DNA of 64,000 nt from the human T2T-CHM13v2.0 reference genome, Homo sapiens: the NCBI RefSeq assembly GCF_009914755.1, contig NC_060940.1; one strand, written 5' to 3'. The notes beneath the pieces were generated by a model. The model did not search any database, was not told the DNA's origin, and was given only the letters and a program-made list of their open reading frames with translations. Position numbers and translations under genes: made by a program. Each line of letters starts with the position of its first letter. The first letter of the stretch is position 1. Positions 11,851-27,000 of the stretch are shown piece by piece.

Positions 11851-14800
11851 ATTCTATTCCATTTGATGATGATTCCATTCGATTCCATTCATTGGTGATT
11901 CCACTCAATTCCATTCAATGATTCCATTCCATTTCTTTCAACAATGATTCCATTAGTTTCTAATCGATGATCCACTTGATTCCATTTGACGACGATTCCA
12001 TTCTTGTCCATTCGATGATTCCATTTGATTCCATATGATGATGATTCCATTCGATTCCATACCATGATGATTCCATTCGAGTCCATTCAATGGTGATTCC
12101 ATTCAATTCCATTCGATGATTCCTTTTGATTCCATTCGATGATGATGGCATTCGATTCCTTTCAATCATTCCCTTTGATTCCATTCAAAGGTGATTTCAT
12201 TCAAGTCCATTCGATAATTGCATTCGATTCCATTCTATGATGATTCCATTCGAGTCCATTTGATGATTCCATTCAATTCAAGTCAATGATGATTCCATTC
12301 GATTCCATTCGATGATTCCATTGGATTCCATTCGATGATGATTCCATTCAAATCCATTCGATAATTCAATTCAAGTCCATTCGATGATGATTCCAATCGA
12401 ATCCATTCAAAGATTCCATTCAGTTCCATTCGATGATTCCCTTAGATTCCATTCGATGATTCCACTTGATTGCATTTACGATGATTCCATTCGATTCCAT
12501 GTGATGATTCCATTCAATTCTATTCAATGATGTCTCCATTTGATTCCATTCGACCATGATTGCCTTTGATTCCATTCAATGATTCCATTCGGTTCCGTTT
12601 GATGATGATTCCGTTCGATTCCATTTGATGATTCCATTTGATTCCATTGGATGAGTCCATTCGATTACATTCGATGATTATTCCATTCGAGTGCATTAGA
12701 TGATTCCATTCGAGTCCATTCGATGATTCCATTCGATTCCATTCGATGTTGATTCTGTTCAAATCCATTCGATGATTCCACTCGATTCCATTCGTTGACT
12801 CCATTTGATCCCATTCGATGATTTCCTTTGATTCCCTTTGATGATCATTCCATTTGATTCAATTCGGTGATTTCATTTGATTCCATTCAGTGATGTTTCC
12901 ATTCGACTCCATTCGATGATGATTCCATTCGACTCCATTCGATTATGATTTCATTCAATTCCATTCGATAATGATTCCCTTCGAGTCCATTCGATGATTC
13001 CATTCGATTCCATTCAACGATGATTTGATTCGTGTCCATTCGATGATTCCATTTGATTCCACTTGATGATGATTCCATTCGAGTCCATTTGATGATTCCA
13101 TTCAATTCCATACTCCGATGATTTCTTTTGAGCCCACTCAATGCTTCCACTCGATTCCATATGATGATGACTCCATTCGATGAAATTCGATGATGATTCC
13201 ATTCGCTTGCTTTCGATGATGATTCCACTTGAGTCCGTTAGAAGATTCTATTCAATTACATTCCAGGACGATTCCGTTCGAGTCCATTTGATGATTCCAT
13301 TAGACTCCATTCGACGATGATTCCATTCGATGTTATTCGATGATTCCATTCGATCTCATTTGATGATGATTCCATTCAACTCCATTCGATGTTTCCATTC
13401 GAGTTCATTCTATTATTCCATTAGATTCCATTCGATGATGATTCCATTCGATTCCATTTGATGATTGCATTCTATTTCATTTGATGATGATTCCATTCGA
13501 GTCCACTCGATGATTCCATTCGAGTCCATTTCATGAATCCATTGGTTTCAATTCTATGATGATTACATTGGATTCCATTCGTTGATGATTTCATTCGGTT
13601 CCATTCAATGATGATTCCATTCAATTCCTTTCAATGTTTCCATTCAATTCCATACGATGATGATTCCATTTGATTTGATTCGACAGTGAGCCATTCGATT
13701 CAATTCCATGATGATTCTATTTGATTCAATTGGTTGACATTTCCATTCGATTCCATTCGATGATGATTCCCTTTGATTCCGTTCAAAGATGATTCCATTC
13801 TAGCCCATTCAATCATTCCATTCGATTCTATTCAATGATGATTCCATTCATGTCGATTTGGTGATTCCATTTGACTTCATTTGATGATGATTCCTTTCAA
13901 GTTCATTAGATGATTCCATTCGATTCCATTTGATGATGATCCCATTCGAGTCCATTCAGTGATTCCATTCGTTTCTATTCCATGATGATTCCATTCCTTT
14001 CCATTCAATGATTCCATTCGATTCCGTTTGATGATGATTTCATTCGAGTCCATTTGATGATTCCATTTGATTCCATTCGATGATGATTCCATTCGAGTCC
14101 ATTCGATGATTCTATTCGAATCCATTTGATGATTTCTTTTGATTATATTTGGTGATGATTCCATTGGAGTCCATTCAATGATTCCATTCTATTCCAATCG
14201 ATGATGATTCCATTAGAGTCCATTTAATGATTCCATTTGATTCCAGTCTCTGATGATTACATTCGAGTCCATACGATGATTCTACTCAATTCCATATGAT
14301 GATGATTCCATTTGATTCCATTCGGTGATTCCATTCTATTCTATTCAATGGTGATTCCATTCGAGTACATTAGATGATTCCATTCGATTCCATTCAATGA
14401 TGATTCTATTTGTGTCCCTTAGATGATTCCACATGATTCCATTAGATGATGATACTATTTGAGCCCATCCAATGATTCCCTTCGATTCCATTCGATGAGG
14501 ATTCCATTCGATTCAATTCATTGGTGATTCTATTCAATTCAATTCTTTGATTCCATTCCATTCCATTCGACAATGATTCCATTCGATTTCTTTCGATGAT
14601 TCCACTCGATTCCACTTGACATTGATTCCATTCGATTCCATTCAATGATTCCATTTGATTCCAGTGGATGATGATTGCCATCGATTCCATTCGATCACTC
14701 CATTCTATTCCATTTGATGATGATTACATTCGATTCCATTTGATGATTCCATCTGATTCTATTCGAGGATTCCATTTGATTCCATTCGATGATGATTCCA

Positions 14801-17800
14801 TTCGAGTCCATTCGATGATTTCATTCGAGTACATCCAATGATTCCATTCGAGTCCATTAGATGATTCCATTTGATTCCATTTGAAAATGATTCTACTAGA
14901 GTCCATTCAATGACTCCATTCGAGTCCATTCAACAATTCCATTCGACTCCATTCGATGATTCCATTCGATTCCATTTGATGGTTCCATTCGAGTCCATTT
15001 AATCATTACAGTCGAGTCCATTTGGTGATTCCACTGGATTTCTTTTGATAATGATACCATTCAATTACATTTGATGATGATCCCATTCAATTTCATTTGA
15101 TGATGATTCCATTAGAGTCCATTCGATGATTTCATTCGAGTCCCTTCATTGATTCCATCCAATTTCATTGGATGATGACTCCATTCGAGTCCATTCGATG
15201 ATTCCACTCGATTCCATTAGATGACTCCATTGGAGTCCATTTGATTGTTCCATTCGATTCCATTCGATTCCTTTCGAAGATTATTCCATTTGAGTCCATT
15301 CGATGATGATTCCATTCCATTCCATTCGATGATTCCGTTTGATTCCATTCGATGATTCCCTTCGATTCCTTTCTTTGATGATTCCATTCCATTCCATTCA
15401 ATGATTCCATTCGAATCTATTCCATGATGATTCCTTTCGATTCCATTCGCTGATGTTTCCGTTCAATTCCATTCGATGATGATTCCATTCGATTCCATTC
15501 ATTGAGGATTCCATTTGATTCCATTCAATGATGATTCCATTCTATTCCATTCAATGATTGCATTCAATTCCATTCAATGATTATCCCATTAGAGTAAACT
15601 CAACGATTCCATTCAATACCATTCGATGATGATTCCTTTTGAGTCCATTCAATGATTTCATTCAAGTCCATTTGATGATTCCTTTCAATTCCATTCTATG
15701 ATGATTCCATTCGAGTCCATTCGATGATTCCATTCGATTGCATTCGATGATTCCATTATATTCCATTCAACGGTGATTCCATTCGAGTACATTCCATGAT
15801 TCCATTAGAGTACATTTAATGATTGCTTTGTTTTCAATTCGAAGATGATTACATTGGATTCCATTCTATGATACCATTCGATTCCATTCAATGATGATTC
15901 CACTCAAATCCATTGGATGATTCCATTCGTGTCCATTCGGTGATTTCATTAGATTCCATTCGAGGATGATTCCATTCGATTCCATTCGATGATTCCATTC
16001 AATTCCATTCGATGATGATTCCATTCCAGTCCATATGATCATTCCATTTGATTTCATTCGATGATGATTCCATTCGATTCCATTCGACGATTCCATTCTA
16101 TTCCATTCGATGATGATTCCATTCGAGTCCATTCGATGATTCCATTCGAGTCCATTTAATGATTCCATTGGGTTCAATTCAATGATGATTACATTGGATT
16201 CCGTTCTATGATTCCATTCAATTCCGTTCATTGACAATTTGATTCCATTCGATGATGATTCCATTTGAGTTCATTCGATGATTCTATTCGATTCTCTTCG
16301 ATGTTGATTCAATTCTAGTATATTGGATGATTCCATTCGATTCCATTTGATGTTGATTCAATTCGATTCTATTCGATGATGATTCCATTGGATTTCACTT
16401 GATGATTCTATTCGATTCCATTCAATGATGATTCACTTCTCGTCCATTGGATGATTCCATTTCATTCCATTCGATGATGATTCCATTCGATTCCATTCGA
16501 TGATTCCATTTGATTCCATGCGACGGTGAGCAATTCGATTCAATTCCATGATGATTCTATTTGATTCAATTAGATGATGTTTCCATTCGAATCCATTCCA
16601 TGATTATTCCATTGGAATCCATTCGGCGATGATTCCATATGAGTCAATTCAATGATGATTCCATATGGGTCCGTTCGATGATAATTCCATTTGATTTCAT
16701 TCGATGCTTCTATTCTATTCCAGTCGATGATGATTCCGTTGGAGTCCATACGATGATTCCATTTGATTTCATTTGATGATGATTCCATTCGATGATGATT
16801 ACATTGGATTCCATTCTATGATTCCATTCAATTCCATTCGTTGATGATTCGATTCCATTCAATGATGATTCCATTTGAGTTCATTCGATGATTCTATTCG
16901 ATTCCGTTCGATGGTGATTCAATTCTATTATATTGGATGATTCCACTCGATTCCATTTGATGATTATTCCATTGGAGTCCACTTAGTGAATCCTTTAGAT
17001 TCTACTCGACGATGATTCCATTCGAGTCCATTCGATGATACCATTCAATTCCATTCGTTGATGCTTCCATTCAAGTGCATTCGATGATATCATTCGATTC
17101 CATTTGATGATAATTCCATTTGATTCCATGCGATGATTCTATTCGATTCCATTCAATGATAATTCCATTCAATTCAGTGATTCCTCTGGACTCCATTTGA
17201 TGATGATTCCATTCAATGATTCCATTCGATTCTATTCGAAAATGATTCCATTTGAATCCATTTGATGATGATTCCATTAGATTCCATTTGATGATTCCAT
17301 TCGATTCCATTCGACGATGATTCCATTCGATTCCGTTTGATGATTCCATTCTATTCTATTCGATGATGATTCCATTCGATTCCATTCGATGATGATTGGA
17401 TTCGATTCCATTTGATGATTTCATTTGATTCCATTCGTTAATGATTTCGATCAATTCCATTCGATGATTCCATTCGATTCCATTCGATAATGATTACATC
17501 CGGGTCCATTCGATGATTCCCTTTGAGCCTGTTCGATAATTCCATTTGAGTCCAACCAATGATTCCATTCATTTCCATTCAATGATTCCATTCGAGTCCA
17601 TTTGATCATTCCGGTAGGGTCCATTCGATGTTGATTCCATTGGAGTGCATTCGATGATTCCATTCGAGTCCATTTTAGGATTTGATTCGAGTCCTTTCGA
17701 TGATTCCATTCGATTCCACTCGATGATGATTTCATTCGAGTCCATTCGACACTTCCAATCGATTCCATTTGATGATTCCATTCGAGTCCAATTGATGATT

Positions 17801-17962
17801 CCATTCAATTCCATTCGATGATGATTCCGTACGATTCCATTCTGTGATGATTCCATGTGATTGCATTCAATGATGATTCCTTTCGATTGCATTCGATTAT
17901 GATTCATTTCGTGTTCATTCTATGGTTCCACAGGTTTCCATTCGTGTCCATTCCATTATTCC
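11851..17962 (+). repeat. HSat2 6,112-bp unit 3
   Basis: ORF offset 11889 to 18001 = 6112. The rare landmarks CCGGTAGGGTCC and GGTTCCACAGGTTTCC are each seen once in the unit. Confidence 0.95.
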
Positions 17963-20900
17963 ATTCTATTCCATTTGATGATGATTCCATTCGATTCCAT
18001 TCATTGGTGATTCCACTCAATTCCATTCAATGATTCCATTCCATTTCTTTCAACAATGATTCCATTAGTTTCTAATCGATGATCCACTTGATTCCATTTG
18101 ACGACGATTCCATTCTTGTCCATTCGATGATTCCATTTGATTCCATATGATGATGATTCCATTCGATTCCATACCATGATGATTCCATTCGAGTCCATTC
18201 AATGGTGATTCCATTCAATTCCATTCGATGATTCCTTTTGATTCCATTCGATGATGATGGCATTCGATTCCTTTCAATCATTCCCTTTGATTCCATTCAA
18301 AGGTGATTTCATTCAAGTCCATTCGATAATTGCATTCGATTCCATTCTATGATGATTCCATTCGAGTCCATTTGATGATTCCATTCAATTCAAGTCAATG
18401 ATGATTCCATTCGATTCCATTCGATGATTCCATTGGATTCCATTCGGTGATGATTCCATTCAAATCCATTCGATAATTCAATTCAAGTCCATTCGATGAT
18501 GATTCCAATCGAATCCATTCAAAGATTCCATTCAGTTCCATTCGATGATTCCCTTAGATTCCATTAGATGATCCAACTTGATTGCATTTACGATGATTCC
18601 ATTCGATTCCATGTGATGATTCCATTCAATTCTATTCAATGATGTCTCCATTTGATTCCATTCGACCATGATTGCCTTTGATTCCATTCAATGATTCCAT
18701 TCGGTTCCGTTTGATGATGATTCCGTTCGATTCCATTTGATGATTCCATTTGATTCCATTGGATGAGTCCATTCGATTACATTCGATGATTATTCCATTC
18801 GAGTGCATTAGATGATTCCATTCGAGTCCATTCGATGATTCCATTCGATTCCATTCGATGTTGATTCTGTTCAAATCCATTCGATGATTCCACTCGATTC
18901 CATTCGTTGACTCCATTTGATCCCATTCGATGATTTCCTTTGATTCCCTTTGATGATCATTCCATTTGATTCAATTCGGTGATTTCATTTGATTCCATTC
19001 AGTGATGTTTCCATTCGACTCCATTCGATGATGATTCCATTCGACTCCATTCGATTATGATTTCATTCAATTCCATTCGATAATGATTCCCTTCGAGTCC
19101 ATTCGATGATTCCATTCGATTCCATTCAACGATGATTTGATTCGTGTCCATTCGATGATTCCATTTGATTCCACTTGATGATGATTCCATTCGAGTCCAT
19201 TTGATGATTCCATTCAATTCCATACTCCGATGATTTCTTTTGAGCCCACTCAATGCTTCCACTCGATTCCATATGATGATGACTCCATTCGATGAAATTC
19301 GATGATGATTCCATTCGCTTGCTTTCGATGATGATTCCACTTGAGTCCGTTAGAAGATTCTATTCAATTACATTCCAGGACGATTCCGTTCGAGTCCATT
19401 TGATGATTCCATTAGACTCCATTCGACGATGATTCCATTCGATGTTATTCGATGATTCCATTCGATCTCATTTGATGATGATTCCATTCAACTCCATTCG
19501 ATGTTTCCATTCGAGTTCATTCTATTATTCCATTAGATTCCATTCGATGATGATTCCATTCGATTCCATTTGATGATTGCATTCTATTTCATTTGATGAT
19601 GATTCCATTCGAGTCCACTCGATGATTCCATTCGAGTCCATTTCATGAATCCATTGGTTTCAATTCTATGATGATTACATTGGATTCCATTCGTTGATGA
19701 TTTCATTCGGTTCCATTCAATGATGATTCCATTCAATTCCTTTCAATGTTTCCATTCAATTCCATACGATGATGATTCCATTTGATTTGATTCGACAGTG
19801 AGCCATTCGATTCAATTCCATGATGATTCTATTTGATTCAATTGGTTGACATTTCCATTCGATTCCATTCGATGATGATTCCCTTTGATTCCGTTCAAAG
19901 ATGATTCCATTCTAGCCCATTCAATCATTCCATTCGATTCTATTCAATGATGATTCCATTCATGTCGATTTGGTGATTCCATTTGACTTCATTTGATGAT
20001 GATTCCTTTCAAGTTCATTAGATGATTCCATTCGATTCCATTTGATGATGATCCCATTCGAGTCCATTCAGTGATTCCATTCGTTTCTATTCCATGATGA
20101 TTCCATTCCTTTCCATTCAATGATTCCATTCGATTCCGTTTGATGATGATTTCATTCGAGTCCATTTGATGATTCCATTTGATTCCATTCGATGATGATT
20201 CCATTCGAGTCCATTCGATGATTCTATTCGAATCCATTTGATGATTTCTTTTGATTATATTTGGTGATGATTCCATTGGAGTCCATTCAATGATTCCATT
20301 CTATTCCAATCGATGATGATTCCATTAGAGTCCATTTAATGATTCCATTTGATTCCAGTCTCTGATGATTACATTCGAGTCCATACGATGATTCTACTCA
20401 ATTCCATATGATGATGATTCCATTTGATTCCATTCGGTGATTCCATTCTATTCTATTCAATGGTGATTCCATTCGAGTACATTAGATGATTCCATTCGAT
20501 TCCATTCAATGATGATTCTATTTGTGTCCCTTAGATGATTCCACATGATTCCATTAGATGATGATACTATTTGAGCCCATCCAATGATTCCCTTCGATTC
20601 CATTCGATGAGGATTCCATTCGATTCAATTCATTGGTGATTCTATTCAATTCAATTCTTTGATTCCATTCCATTCCATTCGACAATGATTCCATTCGATT
20701 TCTTTCGATGATTCCACTCGATTCCACTTGACATTGATTCCATTCGATTCCATTCAATGATTCCATTTGATTCCAGTGGATGATGATTGCCATCGATTCC
20801 ATTCGATCACTCCATTCTATTCCATTTGATGATGATTACATTCGATTCCATTTGATGATTCCATCTGATTCTATTCGAGGATTCCATTTGATTCCATTCG

Positions 20901-23900
20901 ATGATGATTCCATTCGAGTCCATTCGATGATTTCATTCGAGTACATCCAATGATTCCATTCGAGTCCATTAGATGATTCCATTTGATTCCATTTGAAAAT
21001 GATTCTACTAGAGTCCATTCAATGACTCCATTCGAGTCCATTCAACAATTCCATTCGACTCCATTCGATGATTCCATTCGATTCCATTTGATGGTTCCAT
21101 TCGAGTCCATTTAATCATTACAGTCGAGTCCATTTGGTGATTCCACTGGATTTCTTTTGATAATGATACCATTCAATTACATTTGATGATGATCCCATTC
21201 AATTTCATTTGATGATGATTCCATTAGAGTCCATTCGATGATTTCATTCGAGTCCCTTCATTGATTCCATCCAATTTCATTGGATGATGACTCCATTCGA
21301 GTCCATTCGATGATTCCACTCGATTCCATTAGATGACTCCATTGGAGTCCATTTGATTGTTCCATTCGATTCCATTCGATTCCTTTCGAAGATTATTCCA
21401 TTTGAGTCCATTCGATGATGATTCCATTCCATTCCATTCGATGATTCCGTTTGATTCCATTCGATGATTCCCTTCGATTCCTTTCTTTGATGATTCCATT
21501 CCATTCCATTCAATGATTCCATTCGAATCTATTCCATGATGATTCCTTTCGATTCCATTCGCTGATGTTTCCGTTCAATTCCATTCGATGATGATTCCAT
21601 TCGATTCCATTCATTGAGGATTCCATTTGATTCCATTCAATGATGATTCCATTCTATTCCATTCAATGATTGCATTCAATTCCATTCAATGATTATCCCA
21701 TTAGAGTAAACTCAACGATTCCATTCAATACCATTCGATGATGATTCCTTTTGAGTCCATTCAATGATTTCATTCAAGTCCATTTGATGATTCCTTTCAA
21801 TTCCATTCTATGATGATTCCATTCGAGTCCATTCGATGATTCCATTCGATTGCATTCGATGATTCCATTATATTCCATTCAACGGTGATTCCATTCGAGT
21901 ACATTCCATGATTCCATTAGAGTACATTTAATGATTGCTTTGTTTTCAATTCGAAGATGATTACATTGGATTCCATTCTATGATACCATTCGATTCCATT
22001 CAATGATGATTCCACTCAAATCCATTGGATGATTCCATTCGTGTCCATTCGGTGATTTCATTAGATTCCATTCGAGGATGATTCCATTCGATTCCATTCG
22101 ATGATTCCATTCAATTCCATTCGATGATGATTCCATTCCAGTCCATATGATCATTCCATTTAATTTCATTCGATGATGATTCCATTCGATTCCATTCGAC
22201 GATTCCATTCTATTCCATTCGATGATGATTCCATTCGAGTCCATTCGATGATTCCATTCGAGTCCATTTAATGATTCCATTGGGTTCAATTCAATGATGA
22301 TTACATTGGATTCCGTTCTATGATTCCATTCAATTCCGTTCATTGACAATTTGATTCCATTCGATGATGATTCCATTTGAGTTCATTCGATGATTCTATT
22401 CGATTCTCTTCGATGTTGATTCAATTCTAGTATATTGGATGATTCCATTCGATTCCATTTGATGTTGATTCAATTCGATTCTATTCGATGATGATTCCAT
22501 TGGATTTCACTTGATGATTCTATTCGATTCCATTCAATGATGATTCACTTCTCGTCCATTGGATGATTCCATTTCATTCCATTCGATGATGATTCCATTC
22601 GATTCCATTCGATGATTCCATTTGATTCCATGCGACGGTGAGCAATTCGATTCAATTCCATGATGATTCTATTTGATTCAATTAGATGATGTTTCCATTC
22701 GAATCCATTCCATGATTATTCCATTGGAATCCATTCGGCGATGATTCCATATGAGTCAATTCAATGATGATTCCATATGGGTCCGTTCGATGATAATTCC
22801 ATTTGATTTCATTCGATGCTTCTATTCTATTCCAGTCGATGATGATTCCGTTGGAGTCCATACGATGATTCCATTTGATTTCATTTGATGATGATTCCAT
22901 TCGATGATGATTACATTGGATTCCATTCTATGATTCCATTCAATTCCATTCGTTGATGATTCGATTCCATTCAATGATGATTCCATTTGAGTTCATTCGA
23001 TGATTCTATTCGATTCCGTTCGATGGTGATTCAATTCTATTATATTGGATGATTCCACTCGATTCCATTTGATGATTATTCCATTGGAGTCCACTTAGTG
23101 AATCCTTTAGATTCTACTCGACGATGATTCCATTCGAGTCCATTCGATGATACCATTCAATTCCATTCGTTGATGCTTCCATTCAAGTGCATTCGATGAT
23201 ATCATTCGATTCCATTTGATGATAATTCCATTTGATTCCATGCGATGATTCTATTCGATTCCATTCAATGATAATTCCATTCAATTCAGTGATTCCTCTG
23301 GACTCCATTTGATGATGATTCCATTCAATGATTCCATTCGATTCTATTCGAAAATGATTCCATTTGAATCCATTTGATGATGATTCCATTAGATTCCATT
23401 TGATGATTCCATTCGATTCCATTCGACGATGATTCCATTCGATTCCGTTTGATGATTCCATTCTATTCTATTCGATGATGATTCCATTCGATTCCATTCG
23501 ATGATGATTGGATTCGATTCCATTTGATGATTTCATTTGATTCCATTCGTTAATGATTTTGATCAATTCCATTCGATGATTCCATTCGATTCCATTCGAT
23601 AATGATTACATCCGGGTCCATTCGATGATTCCCTTTGAGCCTGTTCGATAATTCCATTTGAGTCCAACCAATGATTCCATTCATTTCCATTCAATGATTC
23701 CATTCGAGTCCATTTGATCATTCCGGTAGGGTCCATTCGATGTTGATTCCATTGGAGTGCATTCGATGATTCCATTCGAGTCCATTTTAGGATTTGATTC
23801 GAGTCCTTTCGATGATTCCATTCGATTCCACTCGATGATGATTTCATTCGAGTCCATTCGACACTTCCAATCGATTCCATTTGATGATTCCATTCGAGTC

Positions 23901-24074
23901 CAATTGATGATTCCATTCAATTCCATTCGATGATGATTCCGTACGATTCCATTCTGTGATGATTCCATGTGATTGCATTCAATGATGATTCCTTTCGATT
24001 GCATTCGATTATGATTCATTTCGTGTTCATTCTATGGTTCCACAGGTTTCCATTCGTGTCCATTCCATTATTCC
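17963..24074 (+). repeat. HSat2 6,112-bp unit 4
   Basis: ORF offset 18001 to 24113 = 6112. Confidence 0.95.
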
Positions 24075-27000
24075 ATTCTATTCCATTTGATGATGATTCC
24101 ATTCGATTCCATTCATTGGTGATTCCACTCAATTCCATTCAATGATTCCATTCCATTTCTTTCAACAATGATTCCATTAGTTTCTAATCGATGATCCACT
24201 TGATTCCATTTGACGACGATTCCATTCTTGTCCATTCGATGATTCCATTTGATTCCATATGATGATGATTCCATTCGATTCCATACCATGATGATTCCAT
24301 TCGAGTCCATTCAATGGTGATTCCATTCAATTCCATTCGATGATTCCTTTTGATTCCATTCGATGATGATGGCATTCGATTCCTTTCAATCATTCCCTTT
24401 GATTCCATTCAAAGGTGATTTCATTCAAGTCCATTCGATAATTGCATTCGATTCCATTCTATGATGATTCCATTCGAGTCCATTTGATGATTCCATTCAA
24501 TTCAAGTCAATGATGATTCCATTCGATTCCATTCGATGATTCCATTGGATTCCATTCGGTGATGATTCCATTCAAATCCATTCGATAATTCAATTCAAGT
24601 CCATTCGATGATGATTCCAATCGAATCCATTCAAAGATTCCATTCAGTTCCATTCGATGATTCCCTTAGATTCCATTAGATGATCCAACTTGATTGCATT
24701 TACGATGATTCCATTCGATTCCATGTGATGATTCCATTCAATTCTATTCAATGATGTCTCCATTTGATTCCATTCGACCATGATTGCCTTTGATTCCATT
24801 CAATGATTCCATTCGGTTCCGTTTGATGATGATTCCGTTCGATTCCATTTGATGATTCCATTTGATTCCATTGGATGAGTCCATTCGATTACATTCGATG
24901 ATTATTCCATTCGAGTGCATTAGATGATTCCATTCGAGTCCATTCGATGATTCCATTCGATTCCATTCGATGTTGATTCTGTTCAAATCCATTCGATGAT
25001 TCCACTCGATTCCATTCGTTGACTCCATTTGATCCCATTTGATGATTTCCTTTGATTCCCTTTGATGATCATTCCATTTGATTCAATTCGGTGATTTCAT
25101 TTGATTCCATTCAGTGATGTTTCCATTCGACTCCATTCGATGATGATTCCATTCGACTCCATTCGATTATGATTTCATTCAATTCCATTCGATAATGATT
25201 CCCTTCGAGTCCATTCGATGATTCCATTCGATTCCATTCAACGATGATTTGATTCGTGTCCATTCGATGATTCCATTTGATTCCACTTGATGATGATTCC
25301 ATTCGAGTCCATTTGATGATTCCATTCAATTCCATACTCCGATGATTTCTTTTGAGCCCACTCAATGCTTCCACTCGATTCCATATGATGATGACTCCAT
25401 TCGATGAAATTCGATGATGATTCCATTCGCTTGCTTTCGATGATGATTCCACTTGAGTCCGTTAGAAGATTCTATTCAATTACATTCCAGGACGATTCCG
25501 TTCGAGTCCATTTGATGATTCCATTAGACTCCATTCGACGATGATTCCATTCGATGTTATTCGATGATTCCATTCGATCTCATTCGATGATGATTCCATT
25601 CAACTCCATTCGATGTTTCCATTCGAGTTCATTCTATTATTCCATTAGATTCCATTCGATGATGATTCCATTCGATTCCATTTGATGATTGCATTCTATT
25701 TCATTTGATGATGATTCCATTCGAGTCCACTCGATGATTCCATTCGAGTCCATTTAATGAATCCATTGGTTTCAATTCTATGATGATTACATTGGATTCC
25801 ATTCGTTGATGATTTCATTCGGTTCCATTCAATGATGATTCCATTCAATTCCTTTCAATGTTTCCATTCAATTCCATACGATGATGATTCCATTTGATTT
25901 GATTCGACAGTGAGCCATTCGATTCAATTCCATGATGATTCTATTTGATTCAATTGGTTGACATTTCCATTCGATTCCATTCGATGATGATTCCCTTTGA
26001 TTCCGTTCAAAGATGATTCCATTCTAGCCCATTCAATCATTCCATTCGATTCTATTCAATGATGATTCCATTCATGTCGATTTGGTGATTCCATTTGACT
26101 TCATTTGATGATGATTCCTTTCAAGTTCATTAGATGATTCCATTCGATTCCATTTGATGATGATCCCATTCGAGTCCATTCAGTGATTCCATTCGTTTCC
26201 ATTCCATGATGATTCCATTCCTTTCCATTCAATGATTCCATTCGATTCCGTTTGATGATGATTTCATTCGAGTCCATTTGATGATTCCATTTGATTCCAT
26301 TCGATGATGATTCCATTCGAGTCCATTCGATGATTCTATTCGAATCCATTTGATGATTTCTTTTGATTATATTTGGTGATGATTCCATTGGAGTCCATTT
26401 AATGATTCCATTCTATTCCAATCGATGATGATTCCATTAGAGTCCATTTAATGATTCCATTTGATTCCAGTCTCTGATGATTACATTCGAGTCCATACGA
26501 TGATTCCACTCAATTCCATATGATGATGATTCCATTTGATTCCATTCGGTGATTCCGTTCTATTCTATTCAATGGTGATTCCATTCGAGTACATTAGATG
26601 ATTCCATTCGATTCCATTCAATGATGATTCTATTTGTGTCCCTTAGATGATTCCACATGATTCCATTAGATGATGATACTATTTGAGCCCATCCAATGAT
26701 TCCCTTCGATTCCATTCGATGAGGATTCCATTCGATTCAATTCATTGGTGATTCTATTCAATTCAATTCTTTGATTCCATTCCATTCCATTCGACAATGA
26801 TTCCATTCGATTTCTTTCGATGATTCCACTCGATTCCACTTGACATTGATTCCATTCGATTCCATTCAATGATTCCATTTGATTCCAGTGGATGATGATT
26901 GCCATCGATTCCATTCGATCACTCCATTCTATTCCATTTGATGATGATTACATTCGATTCCATTTGATGATTCCATCTGATTCTATTCGAGGATTCCATT

